Assembly: GCA_048061375.1 (NCBI GenBank) | Contig: JBGMRK010000003.1 | Coordinates: 2,524-48,837, forward strand | DNA: 46,314 nucleotides | Reading direction: 5' to 3' | DNA from: Longimicrobiales bacterium | GTDB taxonomy: Bacteria; Gemmatimonadota; Gemmatimonadetes; Longimicrobiales; Gaopeijiaceae | Shown here: in pieces, positions 37,538 through 46,314 of the stretch | How the letters are laid out: every line of letters begins with the position of its first letter | How positions within the stretch are numbered: the stretch's first letter is position 1 | The notes under the pieces: model-generated | What the model was told of the DNA's origin: nothing | Databases searched by the model: none | The model's input: only the letters and a program-made list of their open reading frames with translations | Translations under genes and position numbers: made by a program

Positions 37538-38106
37538 GCACTGCGTCGGCCGCGCTGGCGGCTCTGGCTGATCTCGCAACCAGGGTAGGGGAGGATCACT
37601 CGAACGAGATCGACTCGGTGGCTGTGATGGCGGTGGACGTATTGCGTAAGGGATGCAAGCTGATGTTCTGTGGAAATGGAGGCTCAGCCGCCGATGCCCA
37701 GCACCTTGCCGCCGAGTACGTCGTGCGGTTCAAGCGTCCGCGGAGACCGCTCGCGGCGATCGCGCTCACCACCGATACGTCGGTCCTGACGGCCGGTGCG
37801 AACGACTTTGGCTACGAGTTCGTCTTCGAGCGGCAGGTGCGAGCCTTGGCCATAGAAGGAGATCTTCTCTTCCTTCATTCCACGAGTGGAGAATCCGATA
37901 ACCTCCTGCACGCGGCGCGCGCGGCCCGAGAACTCGGGGTCACGACCGTTGCGTTACTCGCCAAAGGCGGCGGTCGCCTCCGGGAGGAAGTAGACCAAGC
38001 GATTGTGGTGCCGACGGATGACGCCGCGAGAGCGCAGGAGCTTCATCTCGCGATCGGACATGTCGTGTGCGATCTGGTTGACCGCGCGTTTGTAGAGGAG
38101 GCCTGA
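37534..38106 (+). CDS. gmhA: D-sedoheptulose-7-phosphate isomerase (SIS domain)
   Basis: FCGNGGSAADAQHLAAEYV and HSTSGES motifs. ATGA overlap with the upstream gene. Confidence 0.85.
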   Translation: MSTASAALAALADLATRVGEDHSNEIDSVAVMAVDVLRKGCKLMFCGNGGSAADAQHLAAEYVVRFKRPRRPLAAIALTTDTSVLTAGANDFGYEFVFERQVRALAIEGDLLFLHSTSGESDNLLHAARAARELGVTTVALLAKGGGRLREEVDQAIVVPTDDAARAQELHLAIGHVVCDLVDRAFVEEA

Positions 38107-38111
38107 TCCCG

Positions 38112-38525
38112 GTGGAATTCGCACAGGATATACCATCGATTCTAGCGGAGAGTCGAAGGCGTGAGAAGGCGCAAACCCAGTATTACCGGGCGCTGGCGTC
38201 GGTTGCGGAGAGCGTGGGCGACGGTCCGGTGTCGGAGCGCCTCAATGCGATGCACGCGGACGAGCAGCATCATCTCTCTCGCCTTACCGCCAGGCTGATC
38301 GAGCTAGGGGGGACACCCGAGGATCTGTCGACCTTCCCTCCGGAAGAGGCTGCGTACGAGGGCTGGGAGGGTGTGGCCCGGGATCGCGAACTGAGGGAGA
38401 TCGAGTGGTACGAGGGGATCGCAACAGTCATCGACGATCCGGTCACTCGAGAGGTGATCATGGAGATCCTCGAATCGGAGCGGCATCACCAACGGGAGCT
38501 CGGGGGGAAGTGGATGTCGGCATGA
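38112..38525 (+). CDS. ferritin-like/rubrerythrin-like four-helix-bundle protein
   Basis: GTG start. Two ExxH motifs are present (ADEQHH and ESERHH), separated by a helical segment. Confidence 0.6.
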   Translation: MEFAQDIPSILAESRRREKAQTQYYRALASVAESVGDGPVSERLNAMHADEQHHLSRLTARLIELGGTPEDLSTFPPEEAAYEGWEGVARDRELREIEWYEGIATVIDDPVTREVIMEILESERHHQRELGGKWMSA

Positions 38526-39301
38526 CGCCCGCCCCGCCCCGCCCACTCATCGATTTGACCGGCAAGCAGGCGCTCGTGACCGGGGGTTCCCGTGGTGTGG
38601 GACGCGCGACCGCGCTGATGCTCGCTCGAGCTGGCGCCTCGGTCGGTATCGCCTATCGCAGCCGTAAGGAAGACGCCGATCGTACCGCGGACGAGTTAGC
38701 GTCCTTGGGCGTCGCATCGTGGTCCGAGTCCGGTGACCTGTCCGACCCCGCTGAGGCCGAACGGCTGTTCGCCCGCGTCGACGGCGAGTTCGGGGGACTC
38801 GATCTCTTCGTGGGCAATGCGGGTGTGTGGCCCTTGGCGGACGTGGCTTTGGCGGACATGAAGGACGAACAATGGCGCTCCACGATGGGCGCCAATCTGG
38901 ATTCCATCTTCTATACGTGCCGAGCAGCCGCGAGAACAGTGAGAGACGGGGGCGCCATCGTACTGGTGAGCTCGACGGCCGCCCAACGGGGGGAGGCGTT
39001 CCACGGTGACTACGCTGCAAGTAAGGGGGCCATGCTTTCACTCGTGAAGGGCCTGTGCGTCGAGCTGGCTCCGAGGGACGTGACGGTCAACGCTGTGGCG
39101 CCCGGATGGATCGACACCGAGATGTCACGCCCCGCCCTCGGTGACGGCGCGCTCGAGCGGATCAACCAAGCGATTCCGCGGGGGCGGGTCGCATCGCCCG
39201 AGGACATCGCCGGCCCGATCGTCTTCCTCTGCTCGTCGATGGCGCGCCACATTACGGGCGAGATCCTGAACGTCAACGGTGGGGCGGTGTTGGTGGGGTG
39301 A
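38522..39301 (+). CDS. SDR family oxidoreductase (3-oxoacyl-ACP reductase-like)
   Basis: The internal ATG at 38522 has an ATGA overlap. Motifs are VTGGSRGVGRA, NAG and YAASKGA. Confidence 0.85.
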   Translation: MTPAPPRPLIDLTGKQALVTGGSRGVGRATALMLARAGASVGIAYRSRKEDADRTADELASLGVASWSESGDLSDPAEAERLFARVDGEFGGLDLFVGNAGVWPLADVALADMKDEQWRSTMGANLDSIFYTCRAAARTVRDGGAIVLVSSTAAQRGEAFHGDYAASKGAMLSLVKGLCVELAPRDVTVNAVAPGWIDTEMSRPALGDGALERINQAIPRGRVASPEDIAGPIVFLCSSMARHITGEILNVNGGAVLVG

Positions 39302-40587
39302 TGCACGCGATCGCGGAAGCTCCCCGGGAAGTCTTGAGGATCGTGGAGCGCCTCGAGGAGGAGGGATTCGAGACCTGGGCGGTCGGTGGTGTGGTCCGCA
39401 ACCATCTGCTTGGGCGCGATCCAGGGGATTGGGACCTCACCACGCGCGCGACTCCCAGGGACGTCATGCGCCTCTTCAAGAGGACAGTCCCGATCGGACT
39501 CGACCACGGCACGGTGGGAGTCCTGGGGGAGGACCGCACGCTGTTCGAGGTCACGACATTTAGGAAAGACGTCGAGACAATGGGACGTCGGGCGGTGGTG
39601 GAGTTCGCGGAGCGCATCGAAGACGATTTGGCCCGGCGTGACTTCACGATCAATGCCATCGCATGGCACCCGCTCCGCAAGGAGTTTCTGGATCCTTTCG
39701 CCGGCTCAGACGATCTGGACCGGCGTGTGCTGCGAACGGTGGGCAACGCTAGTGAGCGCTTCTCGGAGGATCTTCTTCGGGTGCTTCGCGGCCTGCGCTT
39801 TGCGGCGGCATTCGGACTGACCGTCGACCCGGATACGTGGGTGGCCCTATGCGACGCTGTGGATCAACTGGACATCCTGTCGGGCGAGCGGGTTCGAGAG
39901 GAGTTGCTCAAGGTGCTCGGCTCGAGGCTGCCGTCGGGTGTCCTGTCCCTCTATGCTGCCTCGGGCGTCTTGTCCGCGCTCTACCCCGAGATTGACGCGT
40001 ACGCGGACGAGTGGTCCCTGGCCCTCCTCACCTGTGATGGTCTTTCGGCCTCGCGACCCATTCTTCGATTCACCGCGGTTCTGGATGTTTTGGCAGACGG
40101 ACCGGGGACCGCCGGTGAACGGGCCGCGGTTCTCATGGGACGCCTTCGATTCTCCAATGCCGATGTTCGGTTTGTGACCCGGTTGCTCGACGCTCCGCAG
40201 GTTCCGTCGTCCGAGGCTGAGGAGGCCGACCGAAGGCGGTGGCTCTCGACGGTTGGCCCGGAGCTCGTGGAACCGACGGGGCGGCTGATCGCCGCGCGGG
40301 CTCGGGCTCGGCGCGCTGTGCTGGCTCGCCCGGCCGACGACGCGGTCGCAGCGTGGCGCGGAGTGCAGGCGACCAGACGCCGGCGTCCGCCGCTCACCCT
40401 GGACGACCTGGCGATCAGCGGGGACGACCTGATTATGCTCGGACACGCGCCGGGTCCGAAGTTCGGAGGTGCGCTTCAGTCCATGCTCGACAGCGTTCTC
40501 GAAGACCCTGCGCTCAACACCGCCGAGCAGCTCTCGGCCATGGCCGTAGAGATCTTGGGTGCTCCGGCCGGAAAGGGCGGCTCATGA
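39298..40587 (+). CDS. cca: CCA tRNA nucleotidyltransferase / poly(A) polymerase family protein
   Basis: GGVVRNHLLGRDPGDWDLTT, RRDFTINA and DLLRVLRGLRF motifs. Confidence 0.85.
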   Translation: MMHAIAEAPREVLRIVERLEEEGFETWAVGGVVRNHLLGRDPGDWDLTTRATPRDVMRLFKRTVPIGLDHGTVGVLGEDRTLFEVTTFRKDVETMGRRAVVEFAERIEDDLARRDFTINAIAWHPLRKEFLDPFAGSDDLDRRVLRTVGNASERFSEDLLRVLRGLRFAAAFGLTVDPDTWVALCDAVDQLDILSGERVREELLKVLGSRLPSGVLSLYAASGVLSALYPEIDAYADEWSLALLTCDGLSASRPILRFTAVLDVLADGPGTAGERAAVLMGRLRFSNADVRFVTRLLDAPQVPSSEAEEADRRRWLSTVGPELVEPTGRLIAARARARRAVLARPADDAVAAWRGVQATRRRRPPLTLDDLAISGDDLIMLGHAPGPKFGGALQSMLDSVLEDPALNTAEQLSAMAVEILGAPAGKGGS

Positions 40588-41993
40588 GCGAATTGGAACT
40601 GTTTCCGGGTGAGATGTCCGAGCCGAGGTCGACTGTGCACACCGAGAATTCTCGCGAGAATGAACGGCCGCTCGCGGCTCGGATGCGTCCTGACAGCCTC
40701 GACCGGTTCGTGGGGCAGGAGCATCTCGTGGGCGCGGGCACGGCAGTGCGGTCGATGATCGAGAGCGGCGAGCTGGGGAGTATGATCCTTTGGGGCCCTC
40801 CGGGGAGTGGGAAGACGACCCTGGCACGTCTCCTGGCAGACTCCACCGACGCAGCGTTCGTAGCGTTCAGTGCCGTGACGGAGGGTGTAGCCCGCGTGCG
40901 CGAGGTCATCGCCGAAGCGAAGGCTCGCAGGGCAGCGAACGGTCGTCGCACCATCCTCTTCTGCGATGAGATCCATCGGTTCAACAAGGCTCAACAGGAC
41001 GCCTTTCTTCCTCATGTCGAGGATGGCTCGATCGTCCTGATCGGCGCCACGACCGAAAACCCGTCCTTCGAGGTCGTGCGCCCCTTGTTGTCCAGGGCGC
41101 CCGTCTACGTGCTCGAGGCACTCTCCGAGGCGGATTTGGCCCGGCTCGTAGACCTGGCGCTCTCCGATGAGGAACGCGGGTTGGGCGGACGAGGACTCTC
41201 GGCCGATCCTGATGCGATACGTCTGATCGCCAAGGGCGCCGACGGCGATGCCCGCCGTGCTTTGGGTGTGCTCGAGGGCGCGGCCAAGCTCGCGGGACCG
41301 GATGGCACGGTGAGTACGGCGTTGGTGGAGGAGGCCTTGCAGCACCGCTTCGCCGTGTACGACAAGGGGGGCGAGGAGCACTTCAACCTGATCTCGGCCC
41401 TGCACAAAGCGGTGAGGGGGAGTGACCCGGATGGAGCCCTGTATTGGCTCGCGCGCATGCTTCAGGGTGGTGAGGACGGGATGTACCTCGCGCGGCGTCT
41501 CGTGCGGATGGCCGTAGAGGACATTGGTTTGGCCGATCCGGGCGCCTTGCTCGTTGCGACTTCGGCACGGGACGCGTACCACTTTCTCGGCAGCCCGGAG
41601 GGGGATCTGGCCCTGGCCCAGGCGGCGACCTATCTCGCCACGGCTCCCAAGTCCAACCGCCTGTACACGGCGTACAGGGACGCGAGCCGAGCTGCGGAGC
41701 AAACTCCCGCCGAACCTGTGCCGCTCCATATCAGGAACGCGCCCACCGACCTCATGAAGTCACAGGGATACGGAGTCGGCTATGAGTACGATCCCGATCA
41801 GCCCGAGGGAGTCTCGGCTCAGACCTATCTCCCCGAGAAACTCGATGGACGCAGGTTCTACGAGCCGAGCGACGAAGGCCACGAGGACGCGATCGCCCTG
41901 AGAATGTCGTGGGTGGAGGAGCGGCGGGTGGAAGCCGGGCGCAACACGATGCGGCAGGAGCCCCCCGAACCAGATGACACACCTCCGGGGTAG
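40584..41993 (+). CDS. rarA: replication-associated recombination protein A (AAA+ ATPase)
   Basis: The internal ATG at 40584 has an ATGA overlap. Motifs include LWGPPGSGKTTLA, LFCDEIHRFNK, and a MgsA-like C-terminal domain (ISALHKAVRGSDPDGALYWLARML). Confidence 0.93.
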   Translation: MSELELFPGEMSEPRSTVHTENSRENERPLAARMRPDSLDRFVGQEHLVGAGTAVRSMIESGELGSMILWGPPGSGKTTLARLLADSTDAAFVAFSAVTEGVARVREVIAEAKARRAANGRRTILFCDEIHRFNKAQQDAFLPHVEDGSIVLIGATTENPSFEVVRPLLSRAPVYVLEALSEADLARLVDLALSDEERGLGGRGLSADPDAIRLIAKGADGDARRALGVLEGAAKLAGPDGTVSTALVEEALQHRFAVYDKGGEEHFNLISALHKAVRGSDPDGALYWLARMLQGGEDGMYLARRLVRMAVEDIGLADPGALLVATSARDAYHFLGSPEGDLALAQAATYLATAPKSNRLYTAYRDASRAAEQTPAEPVPLHIRNAPTDLMKSQGYGVGYEYDPDQPEGVSAQTYLPEKLDGRRFYEPSDEGHEDAIALRMSWVEERRVEAGRNTMRQEPPEPDDTPPG

Positions 41994-42048
41994 CAACGGT
42001 GGCACCTGACTGGAGTAGAGCATTCCCACACAGTTGATCGATAATCGC

Positions 42049-43323
42049 ATGCCGGTGGACCGCGCGGTCCTCGTCGGCGCTCCCACCCGCAGCGTCGATG
42101 AGCGGCTGGCCGAGGAGCACATGCGGGAACTCGCGCGCCTTACCGACACCGCCGGTGGCGAGGTGGTCGCGAGCCTCCAGCAGCGGATCCGGGCGCCCCA
42201 TCCCCGATTCTTCATCGGTGAAGGGAAAGCGGATGAGCTGCGGGACCTCGTGGAGGAGTCCGAGGGCGACCTCGTGATCTTCGACGACGAGCTTTCGCCG
42301 GGGCAGGGGAAGCATCTCGAGGAGCACCTGGGGGTCCGGATCATGGATCGTTCGGAACTCATCCTCGACATCTTCGCGTCCCGTGCCCGTACGAGCGAAG
42401 CCAAGATGCAGGTCGAACTGGCGCAGCTCGAGTATTTGCTGCCGAGACTCAAACGCATGTGGAGCCACCTCTCCCGCATACGCGGAGGAATCGGTTTGCG
42501 CGGGCCCGGTGAGACGCAGTTGGAGACGGACCGCCGGCTCATCGGAAAAAGAATCTCCGCCCTCAGGCGGAAGCTCAAGGAGGTCGCCAAGGCTCGGCAG
42601 GTTCAGCGCCAGTCACGCCGGGGCAACTACCGAGTGGCGCTGGTGGGTTACACGAATGCTGGGAAGTCGTCGCTGCTCAGGACCCTTTCGGGCTCGGATC
42701 TCTTTGTCGAGAACCGCCTCTTCGCCACGCTCGACTCCGCCACCCGCTCGGTCGACCTAGGCTCGGGCCATCAGGCTTTGGTCACGGATACGGTGGGCTT
42801 CATCCGAAAGCTCCCGCACCACCTGATCGCTTCGTTCCGATCCACCCTTGAAGAGGCCGGCGAGGCCGATGTAATGGTGCACGTCATCGATGCGTCACAC
42901 CCCGACTGGGAAGAGCAGAAGGAGGTTGTCGAAGAGGTGTTGGTGGAGTTGGGGCTGGAATCGGCCCCGCAGATTCTCGCCTTCAACAAGGTGGACCGAC
43001 TGACCCATGCCGAAGAAGACGCCATGCGGCGGAGGATCCGTAGCTTCGACTCGACCCCGGCTCTGTTTGTTTCGGCGCTAGAGATGGAGTCGCTCGACGG
43101 CCTCAAGGAGACGCTCAAGGCACGCATCCGAGCTAACCTCACTGAGGTCGAGGTCCGTGTTCCATCGCATGACGGAGCTGCACTTGCCACGCTCTACCGA
43201 GAGGGAGAGGTGCTGCGACGGGAGGACAATGGGAAAACGGTCACGATCACCGTGCGGCTGCCCGTGGCGTCGATCGGACGGCTGCGCCAACTGGACGTCG
43301 CTCTAGTGGCTGAGGCGGATTAG
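42049..43323 (+). CDS. hflX: GTPase HflX
   Basis: The ATG at 42049 gives MPVDRAVLVG. Motifs include GYTNAGKSSLL, DTVGF and NKVD. Confidence 0.93.
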   Translation: MPVDRAVLVGAPTRSVDERLAEEHMRELARLTDTAGGEVVASLQQRIRAPHPRFFIGEGKADELRDLVEESEGDLVIFDDELSPGQGKHLEEHLGVRIMDRSELILDIFASRARTSEAKMQVELAQLEYLLPRLKRMWSHLSRIRGGIGLRGPGETQLETDRRLIGKRISALRRKLKEVAKARQVQRQSRRGNYRVALVGYTNAGKSSLLRTLSGSDLFVENRLFATLDSATRSVDLGSGHQALVTDTVGFIRKLPHHLIASFRSTLEEAGEADVMVHVIDASHPDWEEQKEVVEEVLVELGLESAPQILAFNKVDRLTHAEEDAMRRRIRSFDSTPALFVSALEMESLDGLKETLKARIRANLTEVEVRVPSHDGAALATLYREGEVLRREDNGKTVTITVRLPVASIGRLRQLDVALVAEAD

Positions 43324-43329
43324 GCACCG

Positions 43330-44199
43330 ATGGGTGACCATGTCCACTTCGTCGGACCCGGCCGTATGGGGCTTGGCCTCGGCTACGCTCTCTGGCAGGC
43401 TGATGCCCTAGCCTCGTTGGCCTACTTCGGCCGGCGGCCGGAGCCGCCCACACATCCATTGTTCACACAGAGCCTGGCCGCGTACTCGTTCGGTCTGGAA
43501 GGTGTTGACCTCGGTCCCACGATCGTGATTCTTTCGGTGCCGGACGACGCCATCGCCGGGGTGGCCGAGCTAGTGGCTGCCCAAGGACCCGCACCAGAGA
43601 GATGCGCCGCGTTCCACCTCTCGGGAGCGCTCAGCACAGAAGTGCTGGCTCCACTTCACGCGAGCGGTTACGCGGTGGGTTCGCTGCATCCGCTTCAAGC
43701 GGTGGCGAACGCCATTACCGGGGCCGCCAGGCTTCCGGGGTCGTACTTTTCTGTGGCGGGAGAGCCGGGCGCCATCGCCGCGGCTCGCCGGCTCCTCGAG
43801 GCCCTCGGCTCGCCCACGATCAGGGTGCCAGAGCGTGTCCGGCCGATATACCACGCCGCCGCGGTTATGGCCTCCGGTTACCTTGCCACCTTGCTCGCTG
43901 CTGCTGCGCGCCTGATGGTACAGGCGGGCCTACCCGAGGATGAGGCCCTGCCCGCTCTCCTGCCGCTCGCGAGGGGCACTCTGAGTGCGTTGGAGGAGTC
44001 GGAACTGGGACGGGCGATCACTGGGCCGGTGATCCGTGGAGACGTTGAGACCATCGGGCTCCACATGCGGAGCCTGGAGCCGCGTGAGCGTGCGTTGTAC
44101 GCTGCGCTTGGTATGGAGCTTGCGGACCTCATCGAGGGTACGGGCTTCGACAGCGCCGCCCTTTCGGAGATCCGTACGCTCATGGAGAAAGAAGTATGA
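43330..44199 (+). CDS. Rossmann-like / DUF2520 domain protein
   Basis: N-terminal [17 protein letters not shown] dinucleotide-binding motif. The C-terminal half is typical of DUF2520-type proteins by eye. Confidence 0.65.
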   Translation: MGDHVHFVGPGRMGLGLGYALWQADALASLAYFGRRPEPPTHPLFTQSLAAYSFGLEGVDLGPTIVILSVPDDAIAGVAELVAAQGPAPERCAAFHLSGALSTEVLAPLHASGYAVGSLHPLQAVANAITGAARLPGSYFSVAGEPGAIAAARRLLEALGSPTIRVPERVRPIYHAAAVMASGYLATLLAAAARLMVQAGLPEDEALPALLPLARGTLSALEESELGRAITGPVIRGDVETIGLHMRSLEPRERALYAALGMELADLIEGTGFDSAALSEIRTLMEKEV

Positions 44200-44936
44200 G
44201 GCTTTACATCAACGTGGACCACGTAGCGACCGTACGCGAGGCGCGGGGCACAGACGAGCCCGACCCCGTCCGCGCGGCTGTTCTCGTCGAGCTGGCAGGG
44301 GCACACGGCATCACCGTCCATCTGCGCGAGGATCGCCGGCACGTGAGCGAGCGCGACGTTCGCCTTCTCATGGCGACCGTACGGACCGGCGTCAACCTGG
44401 AGCTTGCCGCCGCGAGCGACATCCTCGACATCGCGTGTGAGTTGCTGCCCATGCAGGCAACATTGGTCCCGGAAAAGCGGGAAGAGGTGACCACCGAAGG
44501 CGGGTTGGATCTCGCGAGCGAGGCCACCAGGGAGGCCACTAGCGCGGCCGCCGAACGTCTCATGTCCCACGGCATCCGCACGTCGCTTTTCATCGATCCC
44601 GACCCTGACTCCCTGCGGCTGGCGGCCGAGATGGGAGCAGATGCGGTCGAGCTACACACGGGCGAGTACGCCAATGCCGAGCGGGCCGGCGAGGATGCAC
44701 AGCTCCAGCGGCTCGCGGCGGCGGCCCGGCTCGGCGGCCAACTGGGCCTCGCCGTCCACGCCGGGCACGGCCTCACCTACGAGAATGTCACTCCGGTCGC
44801 GGCGGTCCCGGAGGTCGAGGAACTCAATATCGGACACTCGATCGTGTCTCGTGCCGTGCTGGTTGGAATGGAGCGCGCTGTCAGGGAGATGTGGGAGTTG
44901 ATTGCGGCCGCCCGTGCGGGAATCCAATCCCGTTGA
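44196..44936 (+). CDS. pdxJ: pyridoxine 5'-phosphate synthase
   Basis: [26 protein letters not shown] and ELHTG motifs. ATGA overlap with the upstream gene. Confidence 0.95.
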   Translation: MRLYINVDHVATVREARGTDEPDPVRAAVLVELAGAHGITVHLREDRRHVSERDVRLLMATVRTGVNLELAAASDILDIACELLPMQATLVPEKREEVTTEGGLDLASEATREATSAAAERLMSHGIRTSLFIDPDPDSLRLAAEMGADAVELHTGEYANAERAGEDAQLQRLAAAARLGGQLGLAVHAGHGLTYENVTPVAAVPEVEELNIGHSIVSRAVLVGMERAVREMWELIAAARAGIQSR

Positions 44937-45955
44937 AGCGTGCCTGGAGCTGGATCCTCGGCATCACTGTCAGCGCCCTCCTGATCTGGTGGGTCCTGCG
45001 GGACGTCGAGATCGCCGAGGTCGCACAGCAGATCGCGACCGGTAACCTGTGGTGGTTCCTCGGCTCCGTGTTCGTAGGCACGTCGGGGTATTTCATACGG
45101 GCCATGCGCTGGAAGATTTTCCTGCATCCGCTGAAGCCCGACACCACCCTGCATAGCCGATGGGCCGCAATAAGCATCGGCTTCATGGTGAACAACCTCG
45201 TTCCGGGGCGCGTGGGGGAGCTAGCGCGGCCGTACGCGCTGGGGCGGCTGGAGCGGCTGTCTTTTTCAGGTGTGTTCGGGACCCTGGTGGTGGAGCGATT
45301 CCTGGACACCGTGGTCATGCTGTCGTTCCTGTTCATCGCCGTACTCACGCCTGGCTTTCCTGATTCGGTGGCGCTGTTTGAGGGTGATATCGGGTTGCTG
45401 GTCCGAGGTGCCTTCGTGTTCCTGGGCATCCTGATCGTATTGCTAATGGCGATGCTGTTCTTCCCGGAGCCCGTGGTGCGGGCGACCGGGCGCATGGCGC
45501 TGCGGTTGCCGGGTCGATGGAGTGATCGTGTCGTTGAGGCCCTCGAGTCGTTCCTTCAGGCGATGCGACTCTTTCACAGTCCGGTTCTGGTGTTCAAGGC
45601 TCTCGCATGGAGCTATGGATTCTGGTTGTGGCACGGCCTCTCGTTCTGGATGGGATTCAAGGCCTTTGGCGTGGAGGCCGGCTTTGGCGCTGCGATATTC
45701 ACGGAAGCGGTCGTGGCGTTCGCCGTCGCCGTACCTGCCGCTCCGGGCTTTTTCGGGACCTTCCAGGCGGGGGCCGCCCTGGCGCTGATCGAGGTGTACG
45801 GTATGCCGGGACCGCAGACGTTGGCGTTCGCGTTCGGCTACTACGGCGGAGGGTTCGTCCCGATTACGCTGTTCGGTCTGTACTACGCGTGGCGGGTCGG
45901 GTTCTCGCTCAAAGACCTCAAGGTCGGAGAGGGGGAGCCTACCCATGCACCCTGA
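44933..45955 (+). CDS. UPF0104 / lysylphosphatidylglycerol-synthase-TM-region (flippase-like) membrane protein
   Basis: Polytopic protein with RAMRWKIFL and [15 protein letters not shown] motifs. The proposed TTG start at 44933 overlaps the pdxJ stop (GTTGA). Confidence 0.75.
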   Translation: MKRAWSWILGITVSALLIWWVLRDVEIAEVAQQIATGNLWWFLGSVFVGTSGYFIRAMRWKIFLHPLKPDTTLHSRWAAISIGFMVNNLVPGRVGELARPYALGRLERLSFSGVFGTLVVERFLDTVVMLSFLFIAVLTPGFPDSVALFEGDIGLLVRGAFVFLGILIVLLMAMLFFPEPVVRATGRMALRLPGRWSDRVVEALESFLQAMRLFHSPVLVFKALAWSYGFWLWHGLSFWMGFKAFGVEAGFGAAIFTEAVVAFAVAVPAAPGFFGTFQAGAALALIEVYGMPGPQTLAFAFGYYGGGFVPITLFGLYYAWRVGFSLKDLKVGEGEPTHAP

Positions 45956-46314
45956 TCGTCGGGGAATCCGCGTAGAGGCGCCTGCAAAAATAAACATCGA
46001 TCTGAAGGTTCTCGGCCAGGACGAGTCGGGGTACCACCAGCTCGAGACGCATTTCGCCGCTGTGGGTTTTTTTGACGTGCTCACGGTGGCGCTGGCGGAC
46101 GGCGGCCTGGAGTTGAGAGTGGAGGGTGCGGACTTGGGTGACCCGCGCGACAATCTGGTGTATCGGGCGGCGGCGGCGTTCATCGCGGAGGCGGCCGTGG
46201 CCGAAGGCGCGCGGATGACGCTCGAAAAGGCCATTCCCGCGGGAGCGGGACTAGGCGGGGGTTCGTCGGATGCGGCAGCTACCCTCAAGCTTCTGAACCG
46301 CCTGCACGGCGATC
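45945..46314 (+). CDS. ispE: 4-diphosphocytidyl-2-C-methyl-D-erythritol kinase (5' partial, runs off window)
   Basis: Not in the ORF track because no stop lies in the window. My translation from ATG 45945 reads [24 protein letters not shown]...IPAGAGLGGGSSDAAATL (GHMP kinase motif). It overlaps the upstream gene by 11 nt. Confidence 0.85.
   Translation, partial: MHPDRRGIRVEAPAKINIDLKVLGQDESGYHQLETHFAAVGFFDVLTVALADGGLELRVEGADLGDPRDNLVYRAAAAFIAEAAVAEGARMTLEKAIPAGAGLGGGSSDAAATLKLLNRLHGD

Overview
GC-rich, very gene-dense bacterial chromosomal window. System I cytochrome c maturation genes, paired M16 peptidases and Sec-type signal peptides suggest a diderm. A Gemmatimonadota-like origin is only a guess and cannot be verified here. 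I support about 48 CDS, most of them housekeeping. They include nfu/mrp Fe-S genes, ubiE, mutM, purD, glmM-like/glmS, dtd, maf, glpK, recA, alaS, gmhA, cca, rarA, hflX, pdxJ and ispE. They sit in long co-directional blocks joined by 4-13 nt start/stop overlaps. I saw no tRNA, rRNA, CRISPR array, transposase or integrase. The best candidate for an undescribed system is a five-gene minus-strand operon at 2728-7180. It encodes an ECF sigma factor, an anti-sigma factor with an internally duplicated HxxxCxxC domain, a signal-peptide protein with a bactofilin-like beta-helix and a multi-TM C-terminus, a Toastrack-like secreted protein, and a small membrane protein. Together these look like a Lia/Psp-style envelope-stress module wired to an ECF sigma. 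The second candidate is a variant System I ccm cluster at 22161-27521, ordered E-F-X-A-B-C-D. Its CcmE carries CxxxY in place of the canonical heme-binding His, no CcmH or CcmG lies in the cluster, and a TM/zinc-ribbon gene is inserted. The third is a GT2(TIGR04283-like)-DUF2064(TIGR04282-like) fusion coupled to a pyridine nucleotide-disulfide oxidoreductase. Smaller oddities:
- an AT-rich rare-codon island in ubiE carrying a perfect TATAAT and a 19-bp palindrome;
- a duplicated 21-nt stop/restart junction;
- a structured leader upstream of a Met/Cys PLP enzyme;
- an imperfect inverted repeat at the recA promoter.
All domain calls rest on motif recognition by eye; no searches were run.
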